From contig JACRGF010000009.1 in NCBI GenBank assembly GCA_016212395.1, positions 28,132 through 92,131 of the forward strand: DNA of 64,000 bases. Direction: 5' to 3'. The DNA is from Candidatus Micrarchaeota archaeon. Its GTDB lineage: Archaea; Micrarchaeota; Micrarchaeia; Burarchaeales; JACRGF01. The position numbers and the translations under genes were made by a program. How positions within the stretch are numbered: position 1 is the first letter of the stretch; each line of letters begins with the position of its first letter. Positions 20,853-28,902 of the stretch are shown in pieces. The notes beneath the pieces were generated by a model. The model had not been told where the DNA came from and did no database searches. It was given only the letters and a program-made list of their open reading frames with translations.

Positions 20853-21221
20853 TCAGCCTACGAGCTTTTCAGCAAAGTCTCCGATTATAGGCAGTTTCAT
20901 TTTCATGTTTTTCTCGCTGTAAGCATTGTAGCCGACGTACATTCCAGCAACCCAGAATACTAATCCTACAATCCAAATGAATGGCAGGCACAACGCAGCT
21001 AGCGGAACTGCTATGCTTATTGCTCCAATAACTATGCTCGCTGGCAACATCAGCACCATTGACACTACGCTTAGGATGATAGATTGTATCCCGTGAAACT
21101 TTACTGTCTTGTCGTTCCCGGCAAGTATAATCGCTACCACTCCACTAAGCCATCCAAGCACGTACGCCAAAAGCGAGTACAGCTTCGTGTGCTCGTCTCC
21201 AGCTTTCTTCACGTCAGGCAT
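20853..21221 (-). CDS. DUF4870-like small membrane protein
   Basis: LLAYVLGWLSG, VKFHGIQS, KLPIIG; GAGGTG RBS before ATG 21221. Confidence 0.7.
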   Translation of the reverse strand: MPDVKKAGDEHTKLYSLLAYVLGWLSGVVAIILAGNDKTVKFHGIQSIILSVVSMVLMLPASIVIGAISIAVPLAALCLPFIWIVGLVFWVAGMYVGYNAYSEKNMKMKLPIIGDFAEKLVG

Positions 21222-21376
21222 TAAATACCACCTCTTCAAAAATTCATTCGGAGGAGTAGTTTAAAAACTTATTTTTTCTCGTAGTTTACACGAACGAGCG
21301 CCAGACGCTTCGTAATAATCCACTCCCTAGAAACTATTTTTATAACGAGGCAGTCCAACTCCAATCGCAAAACTCC

Positions 21377-22540
21377 TTACTTTCCAGCCACTATTTTTAT
21401 CACATCATTCGGCTTGAGCTCGTAGTCTTTGCCCACTCGCATTTTCGTTTTCGCGTTCAAGGCGCACACAAAGTTTTTCGCCAAGTCAGTGTGAATAACT
21501 CCAGTCAAATCCAATGCGTTCGAACCCTTCCTCACTAGAAAAGCGTCTGGAAGCACTTGCCCGAAGTTATTGCAGTACTTGCTCTCGTCCTCCACTGGAT
21601 ACACTGGAATCAACCCGAGCACGTTGAACGCAGCCTCGTTGATTAACTGCTGCACTCCAGTGCCGTTTATTTTCTTCATCGTCTCCCTGATTTTCTCAAG
21701 CGCTTTCCGTTGTTGCTCGCTCGCGCTCACTATTTGAAAATCAGCGTCCCCAGGCACGTACTTCACCAACCCCTTCTCGCTTGCTTTCCTCAACGCGAGC
21801 TCTCCGTCTGCATAGCAGGGGTAAACAGTTTTTTCAGGAAACTCTTCCTTCAACCTCAAATAGTTTTCGAAAGCTCCAGGCGCGTCTATTTTGTTCGCTG
21901 CAATAATTATCGGCTTTGACAACTTTCTTATTCTCCGCGCGAACTCGTTCACTTGCCCTTCGTTCCAGTTTATTTTCTCTTTCGGCAATTTCAATTCTTC
22001 AATAGTCTGCTCCACTTGCCTCGGCGTAATCTTCAACCCCGTCAAGATGTTTGCGACTTCCACCCAATTTTTTCCTTTTATCTTACTCCACGCTCTTGAA
22101 AGAATTCCAGCAATCCAGTAATCCAACTCTTTCTCAAGAAAACGCACTTCCTCGCAAGGGTCAAAATGCTCGCACTTTTTCCCTTCAGCATCTGTTTTCC
22201 CGCTCGCGTCAACAATCTGCACGAGCGCGTCAGCATAACGCAAATCATCCAAAAACTTGTTGCCCAAACCCTTTCCCTCGTGCGCGCCAGGCACCAACCC
22301 CGCCACGTCTATCAACGCTGTTGGAATGAGGCGCACGCCGTTCACACACTTTGAATTCTTCGGGTTGCACTGCACCTTCAACTCAATGTGCGGGCAAACA
22401 GCCCGCACGTAAGTAACCCCCTTGTTAGCCTCAATGGTAGTAAAAGGATAATCAGCAATCGCAACATCAACAAGCGTTGCAGCAGAAAAAAACGTGCTCT
22501 TCCCGCTGCTCGGCTTCCCGCACAACCCAATAGACAACAT
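21377..22540 (-). CDS. ychF: YchF/Obg-family ATPase/GTPase with TGS domain
   Basis: [46 protein letters not shown]. Confidence 0.92.
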   Translation of the reverse strand: MLSIGLCGKPSSGKSTFFSAATLVDVAIADYPFTTIEANKGVTYVRAVCPHIELKVQCNPKNSKCVNGVRLIPTALIDVAGLVPGAHEGKGLGNKFLDDLRYADALVQIVDASGKTDAEGKKCEHFDPCEEVRFLEKELDYWIAGILSRAWSKIKGKNWVEVANILTGLKITPRQVEQTIEELKLPKEKINWNEGQVNEFARRIRKLSKPIIIAANKIDAPGAFENYLRLKEEFPEKTVYPCYADGELALRKASEKGLVKYVPGDADFQIVSASEQQRKALEKIRETMKKINGTGVQQLINEAAFNVLGLIPVYPVEDESKYCNNFGQVLPDAFLVRKGSNALDLTGVIHTDLAKNFVCALNAKTKMRVGKDYELKPNDVIKIVAGK

Positions 22541-22688
22541 GAAAAAAAGTTAGTTGCCTCAAGAATATAAATACATTCAACAAATCCTCGTCGCAAAACA
22601 ACGTGCTCGTGCAAACCCATTCATTCTATTTTCTTCGTCAATCGTCGTTTGTAAACGTTTTTAATTTCGAATTGCTTAACTTTTTTTC

Positions 22689-23621
22689 ATGAATGTTGAT
22701 GTTCTCGTTGTCGGTGCAGGGCCTGCTGGCTTGACTGCCGGCATTTACTGCGTGCGCAGAGGCTTGTCCGCTTTAGTTTGCGAAGGGAAAATTCCAGGCG
22801 GCACGGTTGCGATTACTCCTTGGGTTGAAAACTATCCTGGCTTCAAGCGAATTTCCGGCGTGGAATTGGCGCAAAAGATTGAAGAGCACGCGCGCGAGCA
22901 GAAAGTAGAGTTGAAGCAGGATGCTGTCGTGAGCGTTGAAAAGAAAGGCGTTTTGTTTGAAGCAACGCTTGCTGGGGGAGAAAAAGTTTCCTCGAAGGCG
23001 GTTATTCTCGCGATGGGTGCAATGCACAAGAGCTTGGGAGTGAAAGGCGAGAAAGAATTGTCAGGAAGAGGCGTGAGCTACTGCGCCACGTGCGACGCTC
23101 CATTATTCAAGAAAAAACGCGTTGCAGTCATCGGCGGCGGAAACACTGCGTTGAGTTCAGCTTTGCTTCTCTTAAGCTTAGCTTCCAAAACTTTCCTTGT
23201 TCACAGGCGCGAAGAATTCAGGGGAGAAGAAGCAATGCTGAAGCAAGCAGAGCAAGCGGGAGTAGAGAAAATAGTTCCGTTCATTCCTCTTGAAATACTT
23301 GGGAAAAGCAAAGTTTCAGGCTTGAAAGTACAGCACGCGAAAACGCTGGAAGAAAAAACGCTTGAATTGGACGGCGTGTTCATTTGCGTAGGCGAAGTGC
23401 CTGCAAGCGAACTCGCTAAAAAAATCGGCGTAACCATCGACAAGGACGGCTACATCCAAGTAGACAAAGAATGCAGGACGAGCGTTGAAGGAGTTTACGC
23501 TGCAGGAGACATTACAGGCTGGCTCAAGCAAATAGTCACCGCGGAATACATGGGCGCGCAAGCAGCCATTTCAGCATTCGAATTCATAAAAAAAGAAAAA
23601 GTAAAAGGCATTATTCATTGA
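22689..23621 (+). CDS. trxB: Thioredoxin-disulfide reductase
   Basis: GAGPAG, VENYPG, GRGVSYCATCD, GGGNTA, HRR, YAAGD. Confidence 0.92.
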   Translation: MNVDVLVVGAGPAGLTAGIYCVRRGLSALVCEGKIPGGTVAITPWVENYPGFKRISGVELAQKIEEHAREQKVELKQDAVVSVEKKGVLFEATLAGGEKVSSKAVILAMGAMHKSLGVKGEKELSGRGVSYCATCDAPLFKKKRVAVIGGGNTALSSALLLLSLASKTFLVHRREEFRGEEAMLKQAEQAGVEKIVPFIPLEILGKSKVSGLKVQHAKTLEEKTLELDGVFICVGEVPASELAKKIGVTIDKDGYIQVDKECRTSVEGVYAAGDITGWLKQIVTAEYMGAQAAISAFEFIKKEKVKGIIH

Positions 23622-23707
23622 CGAACAACGCGCAGAAAAGAAAAAGCAAAGTGAATAATTCACTGTTTAACAACACGCACAAAAAGCAAAACAAGCAATA
23701 CTCCCAT

Positions 23708-24103
23708 TCATTGAACTCTTATTTTTACTTCTTGTTTCTCGTTCGCTATAATCAAGCTCGTTGTTCCGTTCAAGCTGATTGTTTTCTGCTCGAGCGCGCA
23801 CCGCGTTTGCTCCTCGAAAGAAAACTGTTGCGCTGAAATTATTGCGAGCGAGTTGTTGTAAGCTGAAAGCACGGCATCAGGCGTGCTTACTTCTATTGTT
23901 TTCTCGTTGTTGTTTCCAAGCGTGCACAACGCGTCCGCAGTGTTTTTCACGCCCGCAAGCGCGAGCTGAAGCTGCTTCGCGTGAAAAGCTGCTTGAATGG
24001 TTTCAATCAAGCTCATTTGAGCAGGCACTACGAGCACGAGGGCAGCTAGGAACGCTACGAAAACAAGCAAAAACTCTAGTGAAACTTGCGCCCGAGTCCA
24101 CAT
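23708..24103 (-). CDS. Class III signal peptide (type IV pilin-like) protein
   Basis: RAQVSLEFLLV followed by a hydrophobic helix. Confidence 0.75.
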   Translation of the reverse strand: MWTRAQVSLEFLLVFVAFLAALVLVVPAQMSLIETIQAAFHAKQLQLALAGVKNTADALCTLGNNNEKTIEVSTPDAVLSAYNNSLAIISAQQFSFEEQTRCALEQKTISLNGTTSLIIANEKQEVKIRVQ

Positions 24104-24119
24104 GTTCAACACGATAAAA

Positions 24120-24410
24120 CTAAATGCACGTGTTGTAAGAACACTGCAGCGTGCTCTTGCAGTCTGAATCGTCGTTGCACGCGTCGCCAATATCGCCTTT
24201 CGGAGCAGTTGCAGTCGGAGTCAATTTCGTGCCGTCTATCGCAGCCATTATTTTCTTCGACTCTTCAGCAGTCTTCGTGCCTGCCTCTTTGGCGGTCTTC
24301 TGCATTTGGACGACGAGAATCAACGCGACTGCGAGCACCGCGGCAATGACGATAATCATTTCAATGGACACTTGGCCTTTGCGTGCAGAAGCTGGAAACC
24401 TCCTCATCAA
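24120..24410 (-). CDS. Class III signal peptide pilin-like protein with Cys-rich C-terminus
   Basis: RKGQVSIEMIIVIAAVLAV; ends GDACNDDSDCKSTLQCSYNTCI. Confidence 0.8.
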   Translation of the reverse strand: MMRRFPASARKGQVSIEMIIVIAAVLAVALILVVQMQKTAKEAGTKTAEESKKIMAAIDGTKLTPTATAPKGDIGDACNDDSDCKSTLQCSYNTCI

Positions 24411-24511
24411 TCCAAGACAACGAATTCGTTATATAAAAAACTATTGTTTAGCACTCTTTTTGCCGTTCATGCAAACGTTTTAGAACAACTTTGCACTAAA
24501 CACTTTTACAG

Positions 24512-25026
24512 GTGGTATGCGTGGGGAGAACTGCAAGCACTGCTCGACTGCGACAAGCGCCGAGGATTGACGCGGACAACGTTCACGCTGTAGGCTCTAT
24601 TCTTCAAAGAGCGCGAGAGAATTCAGGGCAACAGCTTTCGCTTGAAGCATGCAAAGCGTTCGCGCGCCTCCACTTTCTCGCAGGAGAAAATGTTGGGCGA
24701 AATTTTCAGCGCGCGAAGCCGCTTTAAGCAGAAACGATACTGCGAAGTTAAACAGGCTTTCACTCAACTTGCTGGTGGAAAGCATTGCCAGTGGAATGCG
24801 TCATCAAACAGACAAGCGCGCTGAAGCGAGAGCGCGCCAAGCGTTCGCGAAACTAACTATAATAATTGGCGAACTCCACGGCTTCGGCTTTGAAACCACT
24901 CGCGCAGAAAAAACAGCGCAGAAAGCATTGCGCGAAAACGACGAAGACACGCTGGAACAACTAACAATCCAACTCGGCTTTGCGCTCAAGCAACACAAAG
25001 CAAGCCTGCGAGAAGCGCGCGCGTAA
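24512..25026 (+). pseudogene. Hypothetical gene apparently split by a -1 frameshift near 24700 (ORFs 24512-24727 and 24649-25026)
   Basis: Two overlapping same-strand ORFs fill an otherwise empty gap; A-AAT-TTT heptamer in the overlap. Confidence 0.4.
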
Positions 25027-25153
25027 AAAATCAACTCCTCACGATAATTCAAGTTGCTCGAATATTCCTGATCCTCGCGAGTCCTGCTTCAGCTTTTTTT
25101 TTCTTCGTGCAGCGTAATTCGACTTTTTTCTTCTTTCACGTTCCCCCTGCTTT

Positions 25154-25633
25154 TCATCTTCCATGCAAGTGCTCGAGTTGCTTGAATGCTTCCCTTATTT
25201 TCGCCAGGCTCACTTCCGTCTTCCTCTTGTAGACGTGCTCGAAGCTTGCTGCAACGTCTTTCTTTTCAGCAAAAGGAGCTACTGCGAAATGGTATTTTCC
25301 CTTGTTGCGCTCGAGCAACCCCGCATTCTGCAGTTGAAGCAAGTGGTAGCGAATAGCCTTTTCCTTCTCGCGGTACTTCGCGTCTATTCCAGCCATTTTC
25401 TCCATCACTTCAGGCACTTCAGGGTCCACTCCGTCCCGCACTTGCAGTTCAAGCATTGCTTCAAGCAAGTCGATTAATGTTTTTCTGCTTTCCTTGGGTG
25501 AAATCAACCCGCACGCGAGCGCAAGCCACCTCACCAAAGATTTCTTGGCAAGCTTCACTTCACGCGTCAACTGCAAGTCTCTCAACGTAATCTCGCTTAA
25601 AATCAATTCAGCTTCAGGAATACTCAACTTCAA
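25154..25633 (-). CDS. Hypothetical protein with probable winged-helix domain
   Basis: LVRWLALACGLISPKESR, EKAIRYHLLQLQNAGLLER; TTG start after GGGGTG. Confidence 0.65.
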   Translation of the reverse strand: MKLSIPEAELILSEITLRDLQLTREVKLAKKSLVRWLALACGLISPKESRKTLIDLLEAMLELQVRDGVDPEVPEVMEKMAGIDAKYREKEKAIRYHLLQLQNAGLLERNKGKYHFAVAPFAEKKDVAASFEHVYKRKTEVSLAKIREAFKQLEHLHGR

Positions 25634-25721
25634 ACACCCCGCAAAAACTATTTCTAAAACTGTTTTAGCGCAAACTTTATTAAGTGCTTTCACGTTAGAC
25701 TAATCGGGAGTTGAGCGTTCA

Positions 25722-26090
25722 ATGCCGTTATTTCAAATACGCCCTCGTTTTTACCCGATTAAACTCAACGCTTACTCGAAAAGCGAAGTCGAACTCACCA
25801 TCGACGTTGAAAACTTGTCGAACGACGCGTGCTGGAGCGAGTGCGACGTAATACTCCCGCCTGAAATTTCTCTTTCGCACGACGCGTCGCTCACTAAAGG
25901 GCGACTGCGCGTAGGCATAATAGACGCGAAGGGAAGCAGGAGCGGAAAATGCAAAATCTACTCCACTCTCGGCGCATACCCCGGCGTTTACACTGTAAGC
26001 TTGATAGTGTACGCTTACGGAAAAGACGGCGCTATTGCCGGAAGAGAAGAAAAAAAAACAGACATCAGATGCGAAGGAATACGAAAGTAA
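25722..26090 (+). CDS. Hypothetical protein (beta-rich, Ig-like pattern)
   Basis: Clean 122-aa ORF filling the gap; alternating hydrophobic pattern. Confidence 0.6.
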   Translation: MPLFQIRPRFYPIKLNAYSKSEVELTIDVENLSNDACWSECDVILPPEISLSHDASLTKGRLRVGIIDAKGSRSGKCKIYSTLGAYPGVYTVSLIVYAYGKDGAIAGREEKKTDIRCEGIRK

Positions 26091-26109
26091 TTTCCAGCAG
26101 AAATTCTTT

Positions 26110-26361
26110 CTACCCGTGCTTTATTTTGAGGTACAGCAAGGCGATTACTGTTGCGAGCGTGAGCGCGTTCGCAATTATTATTGGCACATCGTTTTTCATC
26201 AGCCCGTAAGCAAGCCAAAACACTACGCCTATTCCGAGCACTATCACCATTTCAAGCGAAACGTCGCGCGTTGACTTTGTCTTGAATGCTTTCCACACTT
26301 GCGGAAGCAAAGCTGCAGTAGTGAACGCTCCAGCAACTAACCCTATTTCTTCAACCACCAT
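26110..26361 (-). CDS. SemiSWEET / PQ-loop transporter
   Basis: IGLVAGAFTTAALLPQVWK..KTKSTRDVSL, WLAYG, PIIIAN. Confidence 0.9.
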   Translation of the reverse strand: MVVEEIGLVAGAFTTAALLPQVWKAFKTKSTRDVSLEMVIVLGIGVVFWLAYGLMKNDVPIIIANALTLATVIALLYLKIKHG

Positions 26362-26375
26362 AAAACAAGCCTTTT

Positions 26376-27248
26376 TTACTTCTTCAAAGCCCACGCGAGC
26401 GAGCGCCCCAGCAACTTCGAGTACTCGAACGCTCCAGAAACAATGCCTGTCTTTGAACTCGATTTCTCCTTAATATCATAATTAACAGTCACTGGTGCTT
26501 GCGCTACTACCAATCCTTTCTCCACAGCGTTGAAAATCATTTCAACATCAGCAATAAAACCCTTATGCTCAAAATCCAGCTTGCTTTTCCTGAACGCGCG
26601 GAACCCGCACAAAGGATCGTTCACTTTCGTCTTTGCTTTCAACACAGAGCGAATCAAGTTGTTCGCAACGCTCCTGTGCACAGGCAGTTTCACAGACTTT
26701 GCAAACCTGTCGCCCACAACCAAGTCTGCTTTATCCAAAGCTTTCACCAACGCGTAAACTTCTTCAGCGTCATGCTGGTTGTCAGCATCCATCAAAACTA
26801 TCTTGTCTGTTTCCGAAGCAGCCACTCCGCTCTTCATAGCTGCGCCTTTCCCTTTGTTCACTAAATGCCTTACTACTTTAAAGCCAAAGCGCTTTGCTAT
26901 TTTTCCAGTCCTGTCCGTAGAACCGTCGTCAACAACAACAACGCGCGCGTTCATCCTCTTCAGCTTCTCGCACAACGGAGTCAAGTTCTCCGCTTCATTG
27001 TAAGCAGGAACAACTATAGTAACATCCTGAAGCAAAGCCGCGCCCATCTTGCTCGTAGCTTCAGACACGTACGCGTCACCACTCGGAAGCTGAGCCTTGT
27101 TCGTCTCGTTCAACTCGCGAAAACGCTCGTCAAACAAAACATTCCCGCCAAAACACTCCTCTTCGTTATTCTCGCAAGAATGAACAACCCTCTTCCTCGC
27201 CTTCCTGTGAGTTTTAGCAACCGCCTTTCCCTTCCTCTTCTTAACCAA
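26376..27248 (-). CDS. GT2 glycosyltransferase with basic N-terminal extension
   Basis: VVPAYNE, VDDGSTD, NKGKGAA, MDADNQH, DPLCGFRA; TTG start after AGGTGG. Confidence 0.85.
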   Translation of the reverse strand: MVKKRKGKAVAKTHRKARKRVVHSCENNEEECFGGNVLFDERFRELNETNKAQLPSGDAYVSEATSKMGAALLQDVTIVVPAYNEAENLTPLCEKLKRMNARVVVVDDGSTDRTGKIAKRFGFKVVRHLVNKGKGAAMKSGVAASETDKIVLMDADNQHDAEEVYALVKALDKADLVVGDRFAKSVKLPVHRSVANNLIRSVLKAKTKVNDPLCGFRAFRKSKLDFEHKGFIADVEMIFNAVEKGLVVAQAPVTVNYDIKEKSSSKTGIVSGAFEYSKLLGRSLAWALKK

Positions 27249-27267
27249 AACAAACCACCTGAAAACG

Positions 27268-28635
27268 CTATACTGTTGTTCGACGTTGTTTAAAACCGTT
27301 TGCCTTCTCGTCGGTAAACTCGTCCAGCAGCACGGTCGCGTAACAGCCTGCTTGAAGAGTAAAGCACAAACGAACAACGCCTGCATTATTTGCTTGTTCG
27401 CCTGCCACTCGCTCGCTTTCAAAATTTTCGAACTGCGCGAGAAGCAATCGCTCGCTTCCCTTCGAGCCTATTTCAGGGAAAGAAGGAATTTTGAACGCTT
27501 CAACTTCCACTCCCTCGCGCTCAAGCACTTTCTTCTCGCGCTCGCTCAAATTAGTCGTTTCACTGCCAATAAGCTTTCCGTAAACAAAAGAATATTCTTG
27601 CTTTTCGCTTTCAATCACGTCAACCTTATTTTCCACTCTTTCCCCTTCTTCTGCTTCTACTTTTTTCCTTCCATCTCTCTTCATTTCTTTTATTCTCTCG
27701 CTCAACAGTTCATTAAACAAGAATGACTGGTAGGCGTGCACGAACATCAAGTTCAACCCGCGGGGAAGCTTGCGCATTGCATTAACGTAATCGTTCGAAT
27801 GCTGTGCCAAGTGCGCGAGCAGAGTGCGCTCGTACTTCAAATGCATGGGGAAATAGTTGAGCGCAGCGCCGAAATCACGTTCTAACTTCAATCTTTTCCT
27901 CGCTTCAACAGCCCCCACTGTTTCCTCTTCTTCTCCTGAGTACGTTAAATAGTTTTCAACTGCTTCCTTGAAGTTTCCTTGAACTACTGCCCTTCCAACC
28001 AAGTGCGTGTTGCTCCGCATGCTCCCGAACCTCTGCTCTCCAAAGTAATTCGGGAAAAAGCCATTCAACTCTTCATTAATTTTCTTCACTTTTTCTTCCG
28101 CGTTCTCGCACACGCCCCTAACTGCAATTTTGAACCGGTTTCCCTTCAAGTCGCCTAAATCTATTTTCCGCTGCGCCTTCCAGCACCCGTTTATTTGAAT
28201 GTCCTTCACTTTTACTGAAGCAAGCCTGGCGCAGTCCAGTTTGAACGCGCTCACCAACTGCGTCGTGACAGCGCGCCTGTCCTTGCTTCCAGCGTAATTA
28301 AACCTCTTCTTCGTAACGTGCAACGCGCGCGCGACAGCGTCTATAGCCTGCAACGTGTTCCAGTTCGTCTTCTGCAACACAAAATGAACAAAATCAAAAT
28401 CTTCACTCTCACGCTCTGCAACTTGAACGTTCTCTCCACTGCTCCCGCTCGTCGTTTCCCCTACCACTTCAACTCGAGCATTCCCGCACTCGCTTTCTCC
28501 AACTTCACGCGTTATTTTCTCCCCAATCCGCAACACAGTGCCGTCCTTCATTACTTCCTCTACCTCAAAATCATCTATCCTCTCTTTTATTCTCCCGCCA
28601 ATCCCGCTCGTTTCAGACAAATACTCAAGCTGCAT
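27268..28635 (-). CDS. truD: tRNA pseudouridine(13) synthase TruD
   Basis: DFEVEE, YAGSKDRRAVTTQ, GDLKGNRF, PNYFGEQRFG, HAYQSFLFN, FTLQAGCYAT. Confidence 0.95.
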   Translation of the reverse strand: MQLEYLSETSGIGGRIKERIDDFEVEEVMKDGTVLRIGEKITREVGESECGNARVEVVGETTSGSSGENVQVAERESEDFDFVHFVLQKTNWNTLQAIDAVARALHVTKKRFNYAGSKDRRAVTTQLVSAFKLDCARLASVKVKDIQINGCWKAQRKIDLGDLKGNRFKIAVRGVCENAEEKVKKINEELNGFFPNYFGEQRFGSMRSNTHLVGRAVVQGNFKEAVENYLTYSGEEEETVGAVEARKRLKLERDFGAALNYFPMHLKYERTLLAHLAQHSNDYVNAMRKLPRGLNLMFVHAYQSFLFNELLSERIKEMKRDGRKKVEAEEGERVENKVDVIESEKQEYSFVYGKLIGSETTNLSEREKKVLEREGVEVEAFKIPSFPEIGSKGSERLLLAQFENFESERVAGEQANNAGVVRLCFTLQAGCYATVLLDEFTDEKANGFKQRRTTV

Positions 28636-28682
28636 GAACTACGATTTGCAATCTCTCATTTTTATTCATGCGCATTAGATTG

Positions 28683-28800
28683 GTTTTGGAGTTTTGCAGT
28701 TTAGGGGTTTTGATTTGTTTCGACTTGTTTTGCTTATGTGGTTTTGAGTTTTGCGGTTTTGTTTGCGTGGTTTTGTTTCTGTTGTTGAGTTGTTTCGCGA
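28683..28800 (+). repeat. Degenerate GTTTTGNN tandem array between truD and topA
   Basis: gttttgga gttttgca gtttaggg gttttgat.. gtttcgac.. gttttgct.. gttttga gttttgcg. Confidence 0.7.
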
Positions 28801-28824
28801 AGTTGCCTGTTTTTTCTTTTTCTC

Positions 28825-28853
28825 TACGCGTGCGTGCGCGTGCGCGCGCGCGT
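28825..28853. other. 29-nt alternating pyrimidine-purine tract (Z-DNA-prone)
   Basis: tacgcgtgcgtgcgcgtgcgcgcgcgcgt. Confidence 0.65.
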
Positions 28854-28902
28854 TCGGAGAGGCTCAGGGTTTTATGCGTTTCGCGCTTAAACACCCAATC
28901 CT

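Noticed and set aside
24659..24717. Second BHB intron explaining the 24.7-kb frameshift (stem TTCGCGCGC/GCGCGCGAA)
   Set aside because: No pairing 4-bp central helix with two 3-nt bulges, and CGCGCG words are common here.
28400..28520. In-frame intron in truD by analogy with cbf5
   Set aside because: The segment is open, low-complexity, lies in a variable region, and shows no junction pairing.
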